Assembly: GCA_009103225.1 (NCBI GenBank)
Contig: RHPI01002069.1
Span: 1,134,962-1,198,961 of the forward strand
DNA: 64,000 nucleotides
From: Chlorokybus atmophyticus
Lineage: Eukaryota > Plantae > Mesostigma and Chlorokybus algae
Direction: 5' to 3'
Positions 1 through 10,994 of this stretch are shown here, piece after piece. The first letter of the stretch is position 1. The number at the start of each line of letters is the position of its first letter. The notes below the pieces were generated by a model. That model saw only the letters and a list, made by a program, of their open reading frames with translations, made no database searches and was not told the DNA's origin. Both the position numbers and the translations under genes were made by a program.

Positions 1-642
1 TGTAACAGCCTGGGGCATTTTTTGTATTTTATTGTACATAAAGTACTTATTTTGCCTTTTTTGCTGGCTTGATGAGGGCTTTTATGAGCTTTATTAAGCC
101 CATGTGGCGCCTGCCCCTGCTGCCGCGCGCGACTCGCCTGCGACCTGCTCGACAGCAGCTAATTCGGCGACGTGACCCACCTGCCACGCGGTTGTGACAC
201 AGCCGCTGACTGGACACGCGCTGTGCAGTGCCAGGTGACGCGGACTGCACAGTCACACAGCCGCCGAAGGCCCAACGCGCGTGGCGGGGAGCCTGCACTT
301 GGACCTGCCTTTAGATTTGGTAGTGAATAATGAAATGCCTGTTAATTAGGCTATTTCTTCCTAGTGCTTGTATAAATAGAAAAACCCTGTGTCATGCAAC
401 CAACTTTCTTTTCTGCTCTCTGCTGTGAGTATGCTGGTGCATGCTTGAGGGAGTTGTGGTCCAAGGCACACTGCTGCGTTCTTGCTTGGCGTGAGAAGTA
501 GTAGTGTTCGTGTGCGTGGGCGCGACCGACGCGTGCGTGCGTGCGCGAGTGAAGGCAAGGTTCCGGTGTGAAGATTGTGCTCAGCTGCACACATGTGTTG
601 TATGACTTGTGTGCTGTGTATGTGAGCACGAGCATCGTTACA
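1..642 (+). repeat. LTR 1
   Basis: Starts TGTAAC and ends GTTACA (inverted termini). TATAAATA at 371-378. Followed by the PBS. Confidence 0.95.
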
Positions 643-643
643 G

Positions 644-656
644 TGGTATCGGAGCC
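644..656 (+). promoter_or_regulatory. Primer-binding site (tRNA-iMet type)
   Basis: TGGTATCGGAGCC 1 nt after the LTR; one mismatch to the plant iMet PBS TGGTATCAGAGCC. Confidence 0.9.
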
Positions 657-729
657 CTTGGAGGGGTTGGGTTTCTTGTTTTAAGGGGATATTAACTATC
701 TCTTTGGTGTGTGAGGTATTTTTCTGTTT

Positions 730-1364
730 ATGGACGCTACCATGGATGATGCACGTGTTGTGGAGCTTCAGCAAGTGCTGATAGCTGCTCATGATGAGCT
801 GCAACGTGTCCAAGCATCAGCTCAAGTGGCACAATTTCAACAAGCCATGGCGCAAGCGCGCGCGTCCACGCCCGTTACAGCTCCTGTGGTTGCCCCATCA
901 GCCTCTCGTCATGTGAAGCTACCAAAACCAAAGCCATTCAAGGGTCAGAGGGACGGTGACTGTGTGGAGGAATGGGTGTTTGCCGTTTCGACATGGTTAA
1001 AGCTCACCGAGGTACCTATACATCTCCGTGTCGATGTGGCTGCTACTTTCTTTGAGGGAGCTGCACTTGTGTGGTGGCGTCATCGTTGTGCTCGTGTGGA
1101 AGCTGGTCTTGAGGTTCCTTTCACTACCGTGGCTGAGCTGGCTGCTGAGGTGAAGAAACAGTTCGTACCGGTGGAGAGTGTGAAGACGGCACGCGACCAG
1201 CTCTCTATGCTTGTGCAAACGCAGTCCGTGATGGCCTATACCTCTGCGTTTCAGCGTCTTGTGCTCTCTGTACCGAGCATGACTGAGGAGGAGCAGCTGG
1301 ACCGCTACACGCGCGGGTTGAAGACTCTTTGTCGCAAGGAAGTTGAGCTTCGTGACGCCAAGAC
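730..1364 (+). pseudogene. gag: gag of copy 1, 5' part only (3' part replaced by an N-flanked foreign segment)
   Basis: Nearly identical to copy 2 gag up to ...ELRDAK, then interrupted at the N at 1365. Confidence 0.85.
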
Positions 1365-1365
1365 N

Positions 1366-1790
1366 TTTTGATGGATACGTTTTTGGTACTTAAAAGCACC
1401 GAACAGCCCACATCGTAGGTGGCCTCTCTACGATGCGCATCAGCTTGGGCTTTTTGTCTGTCTTGCGCTGCGCGCATACAGTCTTTTGCCAACGCTAACC
1501 TATCCTGCATGGCCGAAGCCATCTCGCGCGCTGCAGGTACGCGAGTCACGTAAGTAGCGGGCAACTTAATGTTCGCAGGACTTAGTGGATGCACTCCGTA
1601 ATTCAAGAAGAACGGAGTCTCCTGCACACTCTCTTGCCATGCATTATTGATCGCAAATTCAGCCATTGGGAGATAAATATCCCAATCACTCTGATTCGGG
1701 CTCACATAATGCCGGATGGTTTCCTCAATCACTTGATTGGCGCGTTCTGTTTGACCATCCGTCTGTGGATGGTAAGCAGTGCTCATGTTC
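1366..1790 (-). mobile_element. Inverted integrase fragment of a different Ty3/gypsy family
   Basis: Minus-strand translation STAYHPQTDGQTERANQVIEETIR...QDRQKAQADAHRR is homologous to, but clearly divergent from, the host element's integrase. Flanked by single Ns at 1365 and 1791. Confidence 0.85.
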
Positions 1791-1791
1791 N

Positions 1792-4700
1792 AGAAACGGC
1801 TCACCTCTGTAGCTGGAGAGGCTCCTGCTGAGGTGGTGATGCAGCCTCACTATGATGTTGAATGTCCAGCGGCTGGCGTGGAAGCGTTGTTGACGGTTGG
1901 CGGCATGTGCGCAACGGCAACGCAAAGCGGTATGGTTCGAGTGCCCGACAAGGCGAGGCAGCTGTTGGGAGTCATGGCTCTGATCCGTGAGGGCAATGGG
2001 CCATGGATGGAGTGCAAGATGCTGGTGGATTGCGGCGCGAACAGCAATTGCATGAGTCGTGAGGTTGCGCGTCGGCACAAGTGGTTGTCATGGGCAAATG
2101 CCGGCTCGGTGGCTCTAGTGGACGGCTATGCGCCAGCAGGAGGAGCTTCCAAGCAAAGCAAAGAGCTTGAAATGCACGTGGGGATGATGAAGGATCGCCT
2201 ACGGTTTTGCTGCATCGAGCTGAACAACGGCTTTGATGGCATTTTGGGGCTGCCTTGGCTTTGGTCACATAACCCCGCCATTGATTGGAGGAAGCGGGTG
2301 CTCACTACCCCGGAAGCTGGTGGTGAGGTTTTGATGTGCTTCAATGCTTCAATGCAAGGCGCGTGTGTGGTTCAAGAGCGTGTGAGCTGCGTCGAGGCTG
2401 CTAGCAATGTGCTGCATGCGCGTGACGCGCACGACACGACGGCGCGCCAGCAAGCTGCACCACAACATGCTTCTAGCTCAAGGGGAGGGGTTCCAGAGCT
2501 GGTGTCACAAGTTTCTAAGACCAAGATGGAGCAGATCTGGTCCGGGAACAATGTGAAGGATGCATGGCTGTGCATGGTGCGTGAGACACCTCCCAAGTCG
2601 GACTTGGAGCTGGTCGGCACTGGTTCGGAGAGTTCGAAGGACCCCGAGGTGCAGAGGTTGCTTGAAGAGTTCAAAGACGTCATGGTGGATGGGCTACCAG
2701 CTGGTCTGCCACCCACGCGAAGTGTTGATCACCGTGTGGAACTGATAGAGGGCGTGCACAAGCCGCCGTACCGACCGGTGTACAAGTTGTCTCCGGCTGA
2801 ACTCGAAGAGGCGAGGAGCCAAGTCGAGGACCTTCTACAACGTGGGTACATCAGGCACAGCAAGTCTCCTTACGGTGCACCTATCCTATTTGTACGTAAG
2901 AAGAGCGGAGCCTTGCGCATGTGCATCGACTATCGGCCACTCAACAACATCACCAAGAAGAATGTGTTCCCTTTGCCACGCATTGATGAGTTGTTGGAGC
3001 AGCTCGAGGGTGCTGAGTTCTTCTCAAGCTTGGACCTAGCTGGTGGCTACCATCAGATCCGTGTTGCGCCCGAAGACGTTGAGAAGACGGCTTTCAACAC
3101 TCGCTATGGCCACTATGAGTGGTTGGTGATGTCCTTTGGCATGACAAATGCTCCGGCAACCTTTCAAACCTTGATGAATGAGGTCTTTGCTGATCTGATT
3201 GGCAAGGGCGTGCTAGTGTACCTCGACGACATCCTTGTGTACACAAAGAGCAAGAGAGAGCACGTGGCATTGCTACACGAGGTGATGCAGCGTTTACGTA
3301 CACACAAGTTGTTTGCTCAGCTCAACAAGTGCCGCTTCTTGCTTGAAGAGGTAGAATACCTTGGCCACATTGTATCCAAGCAAGGAATCAAGGCAGATCC
3401 AAGCAAGCTTGCCGCGGTGCGCGATTGGGCTGCCCCGAAGGACGTGAAGGGTGTCATGTCGTTCCTAGGGCTTGCCGGCTACTATCGTAAGTTTGTAAAG
3501 GGCTTTTCGCACTTGGCGGCACCATTGACGGCATTGTTGAGGAAGGGGGTGGCTTGGAGCTGGTCGGAGGCTGCAACAAAGGCATTTTCCGACTTGAAAG
3601 AGGCCCTGACATCGGCTCCCGTGCTGCTGCATCCCAACATGCAATTGCCCTTTGTGGTGGCGTGTGATGCGTCCGACAAGGCTATTGGGGCTGTTTTGCA
3701 GCAGGATCACGGCAACGGCTTGCAACCGGTGGCCTATTTCAGCAAGAAGATGAGCGGGGCTGAGCTCAACTACCCCGTTCATGAGAAGGAATTGCTGGCG
3801 CAGGTGCTAGCGCTACGGCAATGGCGTTGTTTCCTTGAAGGCAAGCGGTTCACACTTGAGACGGACCACTCGCCATTAAGGTACCTTCAAACGCAGCCTC
3901 ACCTCTCACGGCGGCAAGCTCGTTGGCTCGAGTTCTTCCAACTCTTCGACTTTGAAGTGAAGTACAAGCCGGGCTCTTCAAATAAGGTTGCGGACGCATT
4001 AAGCCGTCAACTCAACGCGCTTGAAACGGTGGTGCAAGTGCAGCCCAAGTGGCTTGACCAGATCCGTGCCTTATTGCATGAGGACGCGGTGGGGGAGAAG
4101 ACCATTGAGGCGTTGGAGAATGGGACTGAACATAGCGGCCTTTGGGCATTGAAGGACGGGCTGCTATGGCATGGCGATCGCATGTACATACCCAACATTG
4201 CGCACATGCGCGTGGCATTGATGAAGGAAGCGCATGATGTGCCAATGGCTGGTCATCAAGGGCTGGAACGGACACTAGCCTTGTTGAAACAGAAATTTTT
4301 CTGGTCGGAGATGCATCGTGACGTTAAGGACTATGTGGCATTGTGCGACACTTGTCAAAGGGTGAAGGCGAGCAATCAACGCGCCAGTGGGCTGCTCCAA
4401 CCATTGCCGATACCTTTGACGAAGTGGGAGCAAGTTACTCTTGACTTCATCACGGGGCTGCCACGGACACGTGAAGGGCATGATGCTATCTTGGTGTTTG
4501 TGGACAAGACTAGCAAAATGGTGCGATTGGCGCCATGTACGGAGACTTGCACAGCTCCCGAGGCTGCCAAGTTGTTCATCAAGCATGTGGTGCGCTCTCA
4601 TGGCCTTCCAAGAAGCATTATCAGTGATAGAGACCCGCGGTTTACTGGCAACTTTTGGAGAGCTCTCCACGCAACTCTAGGCACGAGCTTGAAGTTCAGC

Positions 4701-5519
4701 ACCGCGTACCACCCTGAAACGGACGGCCAAACGGAGCGCGCCAACCGCGTCATCGAAGACATGCTACGGTGCTATGTGAACAGCCGCCAAGACAATTGGG
4801 GAGACATGCTGGAGCTGATTGAGTTCACCATTAACAACCACAAGAGTGCAAGCACGGGCGTGACACCTTTCCTTATGAACTATGGGCAACATCCATTGAC
4901 GCCATTGACGGCGTGGGTGCCTAGCATGCAAAGTTCAGATGTGGAGGCCGTGGACGGCTTTCTTGAAAGGTGTGCCGACATTACCAAGGCAGCTCGAGAG
5001 GCTCTGCTTGTGGCGCAAAACCGGCAAAAGCAATACGCCGATGCGCGTCGCAAGGATGTTGTGTTCGAGGAGGGTGACCTTGTAATGCTTTCAACCAAGC
5101 ATGTGCAGCTGGTCACGGGGGTGCGCAAGCTGAGTGAGCGATGGTTTGGGCCCTTTAAAGTGATCAAGGTCATCTCGAAGGTGGCCTACAAGCTGGAGCT
5201 GCCCAATACCATGCATGTGCACCCTGTTTTTCATGTCTCGCTTCTTAAAGGTTATCGAGGGGAGCCACCAGCTCGTCCGCCTCCAGATGTGGTTCGTGAA
5301 GGTGAGGCTGAGTGGGAAGTGGAAGCAATTGTCACGGACAAGCTGATCCGAGGCGTGCGCAAGTATTTGGTGAAGTGGCGTGGCTATCCAATGCACGAGG
5401 CGACATACGAGCCCGAGGAGAGCTTTACCAATGCCAAACAGGTCTTGCAAGACTACAAGGCCAGAGGAGGCAGTCGTCAGCTTCGAGGACGAAGCTCCCC
5501 CGGGGGGGAAGGGGTGTAA
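1792..5519 (+). CDS. pol: pol polyprotein, copy 1 (protease, RT, RNase H, integrase, chromodomain)
   Basis: Motifs: LVDCGA protease; YLDD RT; CDASD/DALSR RNase H; HDVPMAGH..CDTC zinc finger; LDF/SDRD/TER integrase; WEVEAI..YLVKWRGY chromodomain. Confidence 0.95.
5502..5514 (+). promoter_or_regulatory. Polypurine tract, copy 1
   Basis: GGGGGGGAAGGGG abutting LTR 2. Confidence 0.9.
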
Positions 5520-6156
5520 CAGCCTGGGGCATTTTTTGTATTTTATTGTACATAAAGTACTTATTTTGCCTTTTTTGCTGGCTTGATGAGGGCTTTTATG
5601 AGCTTTATTAAGCCCATGTGGCGCCTGCCCCTGCTGCCGCGCGCGACTCGCCTGCGACCTGCTCGACAGCAGCTAATTCGGCGACGTGACCCACCTGCCA
5701 CGCGGTTGTGACACAGCCGCTGACTGGACACGCGCTGTGCAGTGCCAGGTGACGCGGACTGCACAGTCACACAGCCGCCGAAGGCCCAACGCGCGTGGCG
5801 GGGAGCCTGCACTTGGACCTGCCTTTAGATTTGGTAGTGAATAATGAAATGCCTGTTAATTAGGCTATTTCTTCCTAGTGCTTGTATAAATAGAAAAACC
5901 CTGTGTAATGCAACCAACTTTGTTTTCTGCTCTCTGCTGTGAGTATGCTGGTGCATGCTTGAGGGAGTTGTGGTCCAAGGCACACTGCTGCGTTCTTGCT
6001 TGGCGTGAGAAGTAGTAGTGTTCGTGTGCGTGGGCGCGCTCGACGCGTGCGTGCGTGCGCGAGTGAAGGCAAGGTTCCGGTGTGAAGATTGTGCTCAGCT
6101 GCACACATGTGTTGTATGACTTGTGTGCTGTGTATGTGAGCACGAGCATCGTTACA
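5515..6156 (+). repeat. LTR 2 (shared central LTR)
   Basis: 642 bp, TG...CA. Preceded by a PPT and followed by a PBS at 6158-6170. Confidence 0.95.
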
Positions 6157-6243
6157 GTGGTATCGGAGCCCTTGGAGGGGTTGGGTTTCTTGTTTTAAGG
6201 GGATATTAACTATCTCTTTGGTGTGTGAGGTATTTTTCTGTTT

Positions 6244-7290
6244 ATGGACGCTACCATGGATGATGCACGTGTTGTGGAGCTTCAGCAAGTGCTGGTAGCT
6301 GCTCATGAGGAGCTGCAACGTGTCCAAGCATCTGCCCAAGCTCAAGCGGCACAATTTCAACAAGCCATGGCGCAAGCGCGCGCGTCCACGCCCGTTACAG
6401 CTCCTGTGGTTGCCCCATCAGCCTCTCGTCATGTGAAGCTACCAAAACCAAAGCCATTCAAGGGTCAGAGGGACGGTGACTGTGTGGAGGAATGGGTGTT
6501 TGCCGTTTCGACATGGTTAAAGCTCACCGAGGTACCTATACATCTCCGTGTCGATGTGGCTGCTACTTTCTTTGAGGGAGCTGCACTTGTGTGGTGGCGT
6601 CATCGTTGTGCTCGTGTGGAAGCTGGTCTTGAGGTTCCTTTCACTACCGTGGCTGAGCTGGCTGCTGAGGTGAAGAAACAGTTCGTACCGGTGGAGAGTG
6701 TGAAGACGGCACGCGACCAGCTCTCTACGCTTGTGCAAACGCAGTCCGTGATGGCCTATACCTCTGCGTTTCAGCGTCTTGTGCTCTCTGTACCGAACAT
6801 GACTGAGGAGGAGCAGCTGGACCGCTACACGCGCGGGTTGAAGACTCTTTGTCGCAAGGAAGTTGAGCTTCGTGACGCCAAGACTCTCGCGGAGGCCATT
6901 CGCATTGCTGAGCGCACGGACGTGTTGTACTTCAAGGGGGCTGCCAAAAACACTGATCGTGGACATTACAATCACTTCCGTGGAGGTTCGTATCGCTCAT
7001 ACGCATCTGTTGGGGCTGGTTCGGGAGCTGCAGCAACTCAGGGGGCTGGCTTGGGACCAACTCCAATGGAATTGGGTGCGCTCCATGTTGCTATGAAGGC
7101 CCCAAAGGGTCGGGAGGCTGCCAAGGCTGTTCGGAAGTGCTGGGAGTGCTCTTCTGCTGATCACGTGCGCTCCAACTGCCCTATCTATAAGGCAAAGTCT
7201 GCTGCACATGCCCGCAACGCTCGCAGCGGTGGACGCGTGAACATGGTGGAGGAGGAGATGTTGCAGCCGGGAAACGGCTCACCTCAGTAG
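6244..7290 (+). CDS. gag: gag, copy 2 (intact, 348 aa)
   Basis: Retrotransposon gag motifs (PKPFKG..EEW, F..GAALVWW, GPTPMELG) and a CCHC knuckle CWECSSADHVRSNC. Confidence 0.93.
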   Translation: MDATMDDARVVELQQVLVAAHEELQRVQASAQAQAAQFQQAMAQARASTPVTAPVVAPSASRHVKLPKPKPFKGQRDGDCVEEWVFAVSTWLKLTEVPIHLRVDVAATFFEGAALVWWRHRCARVEAGLEVPFTTVAELAAEVKKQFVPVESVKTARDQLSTLVQTQSVMAYTSAFQRLVLSVPNMTEEEQLDRYTRGLKTLCRKEVELRDAKTLAEAIRIAERTDVLYFKGAAKNTDRGHYNHFRGGSYRSYASVGAGSGAAATQGAGLGPTPMELGALHVAMKAPKGREAAKAVRKCWECSSADHVRSNCPIYKAKSAAHARNARSGGRVNMVEEEMLQPGNGSPQ

Positions 7291-7313
7291 CTGGAGAGGC
7301 TCCTGCTGAGGTG
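7269..7313 (+). promoter_or_regulatory. -1 programmed ribosomal frameshift signal
   Basis: G GGA AAC heptamer in gag frame at 7269-7275. An 11-bp stem (7280-7290 with 7303-7313) follows 4 nt later. pol is in the -1 frame. Confidence 0.8.
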
Positions 7314-10300
7314 GTGATGCAGCCTCACTATGATGTTGAATGTCCAGCGGCTGGCGTGGAAGCGTTGTTGACGGTTGGCGGCATGTGCGCAACGGCAACG
7401 CAAAGCGGTATGGTTCGAGTGCCCGACAAGGCGAGGCAGCTGTTGGGAGTCATGGCTCTGATCCGTGAGGGCAATGGGCCATGGATGGAGTGCAAGATGC
7501 TGGTGGATTGCGGCGCGAACAGCAATTTCATGAGTCGTGAGGTTGCGCGTCGGCACAAGTGGTTGTCATGGGCAAATGCCGGCTCGGTGGCTCTAGCGGA
7601 CGGCTATGCGCCAGCAGGAGGAGCTTCCAAGCAAAGCAAAGAGCTTGAAATGCACGTGGGGATGATGAAGGATCGCCTACGGTTTTGCTGCATCGAGCTG
7701 AACAACGGCTTTGATGGCATTTTGGGGCTGCCTTGGCTTTGGTCACATAACCCCGCCATTGATTGGAGGAAGCGGGTGCTCACTACCCCGGAAGCTGGTG
7801 GTGAGGTTTTGATGTGCTTCAATGCTTCAATGCAAGGCGCGTGTGTGGTTCAAGAGCGTGTGAGCTGCGTCGAGGCTGCTAGCAATGTGCTGCATGCGCG
7901 TGACGCGCACGACACGACGGCGCGCCAGCAAGCTGTACCACAACATGCTTCTAGCTCAAGGGGAGGGGTTCCAGAGCTGGTGTCACAAGTTTCTAAGACC
8001 AAGATGGAGCAGATCTGGTCCGGGAACAATGTGAAGGATGCATGGCTGTGCATGGTGCGTGAGACACCTCCCAAGTCGGACTTGGAGCTGGTCGGCACTG
8101 GTTCGGAGAGTTCAAAGGACCCCGAGGTGCAGAGGTTGCTTGAAGAGTTCAAAGACGTCATGGTGGATGGGCTACCAGCTGGTCTGCCGCCCACGCGAAG
8201 TGTTGATCACCGTGTGGAACTGATAGAGGGCGTGCACAAGCCGCCGTACCGACCGGTGTACAAGTTGTCTCCGGCTGAACTCGAAGAGGCGAGAAGCCAA
8301 GTCGAGGACCTTCTACAACGTGGGTACATCAGACACAGCAAGTCTCCTTACGGTGCACCTATCCTATTTGTACGTAAGAAGAGCGGAGCCTTGCGCATGT
8401 GCATCGACTATCGGCCACTCAAAAACATCACCAAGAATGTGTTCCCTTTGCCACGCATTGATGAGTTGTTGGAGCAGCTCGAGGGTGCTGAGTTCTTCTC
8501 AAGCTTGGACCTAGCTGGTGGCTACCATCAGATCCGTGTTGCGCCCGAAGACGTTGAGAAGACGGCTTTCAACACTCGCTATGGCCACTATGAGTGGTTG
8601 GTGATGTCCTTTGGCATGACAAATGCTCCGGCAACCTTTCAAACCTTGATGAATGAGGTCTTTGCTGATCTGATTGGCAAGGGCGTGCTAGTGTACCTCG
8701 ACGACATCCTTGTGTACACAAAGAGCAAGAGAGAGCACGTGGCATTGCTACACGAGGTGATGCAGCGTTTACGTACACACAAGTTGTTTGCTCAGCTCAA
8801 CAAGTGCCGCTTCTTGCTTGAAGAGGTAGAATACCTTGGCCACATTGTATCCAAGCAAGGAATCAAGGCAGATCCAAGCAAGCTTGCCGCGGTGCGCGAT
8901 TGGGCTGCCCCGAAGGACGTGAAGGGTGTCATGTCGTTCCTAGGGCTTGCCGGCTACTATTGTAAGTTTGTAAAGGGCTTTTCGCACTTGGCGGCACCAT
9001 TGACGGCATTGTTGAGGAAGGGGGTGGCTTGGAGCTGGTCGGAGGCTGCAACAAAGGCATTTTCCGACTTGAAAGAGGCCCTGACATCGGCTCCCGTGCT
9101 GCTGCATCCCAACATGCAATTGCCCTTTGTGGTGGCGTGTGATGCGTCCGACAAGGCTATTGGGGCTGTTTTGCAGCAGGATCACGGCAACGGCTTGCAA
9201 CCGGTGGCCTATTTCAGCAAGAAGATGAGCGGGGCTGAGCTCAACTACCCCGTTCATGAGAAGGAATTGCTGGCGCAGGTGCTAGCGCTACGGCAATGGC
9301 GTTGTTTCCTTGAAGGCAAGCGGTTCACACTTGAGACGGACCACTCGCCATTAAGGTACCTTCAAACGCAGCCTCACCTCTCACGGCGGCAAGCTCGTTG
9401 GCTCGAGTTCTTCCAACTCTTCGACTTTGAAGTGAAGTACAAGCCGGGCTCTTCAAATAAGGTTGCGGACGCATTAAGCCGTCAACTCAACGCGCTTGAA
9501 ACGGTGGTGCAAGTGCAGCCCAAGTGGCTTGACCAGATCCGTGCCTTATTGCATGAGGACGCGGTGGGGGAGAAGACCATTGAGGCGTTGGAGAATGGGA
9601 CTGAACATAGCGGCCTTTGGGCATTGAAGGACGGGCTGCTATGGCATGGCGATCGCATGTACATACCCAACATTGCGCACATGCGCGTGGCATTGATGAA
9701 GGAAGCGCATGATGTGCCAATGGCTGGTCATCAAGGGCTGGAACGGACACTAGCCTTGTTGAAACAGAAATTTTTCTGGTCGGAGATGCATCGTGACGTT
9801 AAGGACTATGTGGCATTGTGCGACACTTGTCAAAGGGTGAAGGCGAGCAATCAACGCGCCAGTGGGCTGCTCCAACCATTGCCGATACCTTTGACGAAGT
9901 GGGAGCAAGTTACTCTTGACTTCATCACGGGGCTGCCACGGACACGTGAAGGGCATGATGCTATCTTGGTGTTTGTGGACAAGACTAGCAAAATGGTGCG
10001 ATTGGCGCCATGTACGGAGACTTGCACAGCTCCCGAGGCTGCCAAGTTGTTCATCAAGCATGTGGTGCGCTCTCATGGCCTTCCAAGAAGCATTATCAAT
10101 GATAGAGACCCGCGGTTTACTGGCAACTTTTGGAGAGCTCTCCACGCAACTCTAGGCACGAGCTTGAAGTTCAGCACCGCGTACCACCCTGAAACGGACG
10201 GCCAAACGGAGCGCGCCAACCGCGTCATCGAAGACATGCTACGGTGCTATGTGAACAGCCGCCAAGACAATTGGGGAGACATGCTGGAGCTGATTGAGTT

Positions 10301-10994
10301 CACCATTAACAACCACAAGAGTGCAAGCACGGGCGTGACACCTTTCCTTATGAACTATGGGCAACATCCATTGACGCCATTGACGGCGTGGGTGCCTAGC
10401 ATGCAAAGTTCAGATGTGGAGGCCGTGGACGGCTTTCTTGAAAGGTGTGCCGACATTACCAAGGCAGCTCGAGAGGCTCTGCTTGTGGCGCAAAACCGGC
10501 AAAAGCAATACGCCGATGCGCGTCGCAAGGATGTTGTGTTCGAGGAGGGTGACCTTGTAATGCTTTCAACCAAGCATGTGCAGCTGGTCACGGGGGTGCG
10601 CAAGCTGAGTGAGCGATGGTTTGGGCCCTTTAAAGTGATCAAGGTCATCTCGAAGGTGGCCTACAAGCTGGAGCTGCCCAATACCATGCATGTGCACCCT
10701 GTTTTTCATGTCTCGCTTCTTAAAGGTTATCGAGGGGAGCCACCAGCTCGTCCGCCTCCAGATGTGGTTCGTGAAGGTGAGGCTGAGTGGGAAGTGGAAG
10801 CAATTGTCACGGACAAGCTGATCCGAGGCGTGCGCAAGTATTTGGTGAAGTGGCGTGGCTATCCAATGCACGAGGCGACATACGAGCCCGAGGAGAGCTT
10901 TACCAATGCCAAACAGGTCTTGCAAGACTACAAGGCCAGAGGAGGCAGTCGTCAGCTTCGAGGACGAAGCTCCCCCGGGGGGGAAGGGGTGTAA
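7269..10994 (+). CDS. pol: pol polyprotein, copy 2
   Basis: Same domains as copy 1, open in the -1 frame from the slippery site. The TAA stop lies inside LTR 3. Confidence 0.93.
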   Translation, partial: GKRLTSVAGEAPAEVVMQPHYDVECPAAGVEALLTVGGMCATATQSGMVRVPDKARQLLGVMALIREGNGPWMECKMLVDCGANSNFMSREVARRHKWLSWANAGSVALADGYAPAGGASKQSKELEMHVGMMKDRLRFCCIELNNGFDGILGLPWLWSHNPAIDWRKRVLTTPEAGGEVLMCFNASMQGACVVQERVSCVEAASNVLHARDAHDTTARQQAVPQHASSSRGGVPELVSQVSKTKMEQIWSGNNVKDAWLCMVRETPPKSDLELVGTGSESSKDPEVQRLLEEFKDVMVDGLPAGLPPTRSVDHRVELIEGVHKPPYRPVYKLSPAELEEARSQVEDLLQRGYIRHSKSPYGAPILFVRKKSGALRMCIDYRPLKNITKNVFPLPRIDELLEQLEGAEFFSSLDLAGGYHQIRVAPEDVEKTAFNTRYGHYEWLVMSFGMTNAPATFQTLMNEVFADLIGKGVLVYLDDILVYTKSKREHVALLHEVMQRLRTHKLFAQLNKCRFLLEEVEYLGHIVSKQGIKADPSKLAAVRDWAAPKDVKGVMSFLGLAGYYCKFVKGFSHLAAPLTALLRKGVAWSWSEAATKAFSDLKEALTSAPVLLHPNMQLPFVVACDASDKAIGAVLQQDHGNGLQPVAYFSKKMSGAELNYPVHEKELLAQVLALRQWRCFLEGKRFTLETDHSPLRYLQTQPHLSRRQARWLEFFQLFDFEVKYKPGSSNKVADALSRQLNALETVVQVQPKWLDQIRALLHEDAVGEKTIEALENGTEHSGLWALKDGLLWHGDRMYIPNIAHMRVALMKEAHDVPMAGHQGLERTLALLKQKFFWSEMHRDVKDYVALCDTCQRVKASNQRASGLLQPLPIPLTKWEQVTLDFITGLPRTREGHDAILVFVDKTSKMVRLAPCTETCTAPEAAKLFIKHVVRSHGLPRSIINDRDPRFTGNFWRALHATLGTSLKFSTAYHPETDGQTERANRVIEDMLRCYVNSRQDNWGDMLELIEFTINNHKSASTGVTPFLMNYGQHPLTPLTAWVPSMQSSDVEAVDGFLERCADITKAAREALLVAQNRQKQYADARRKDVVFEEGDLVMLSTKHVQLVTGVRKLSERWFGPFKVIKVISKVAYKLELPNTMHVHPVFHVSLLKGYRGEPPARPPPDVVREGEAEWEVEAIVTDKLIRGVRKYLVKWRGYPMHEATYEPEESFTNAKQVLQDYKARGGSRQLRGRSSPGGEGV
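10977..10989 (+). promoter_or_regulatory. Polypurine tract, copy 2
   Basis: GGGGGGGAAGGGG abutting LTR 3. Confidence 0.9.

Noticed and set aside
47-813. Antisense ORFs in the LTRs, repeated three times
   Set aside because: They recur only because the LTR is repeated. They have no recognisable domain, and their length differs between copies.
1205-1804. 199-aa minus-strand ORF as a real antisense gene of the element
   Set aside because: It runs across two Ns and joins unrelated sequences. Only the central integrase fragment is meaningful, and it is probably an assembly insert.
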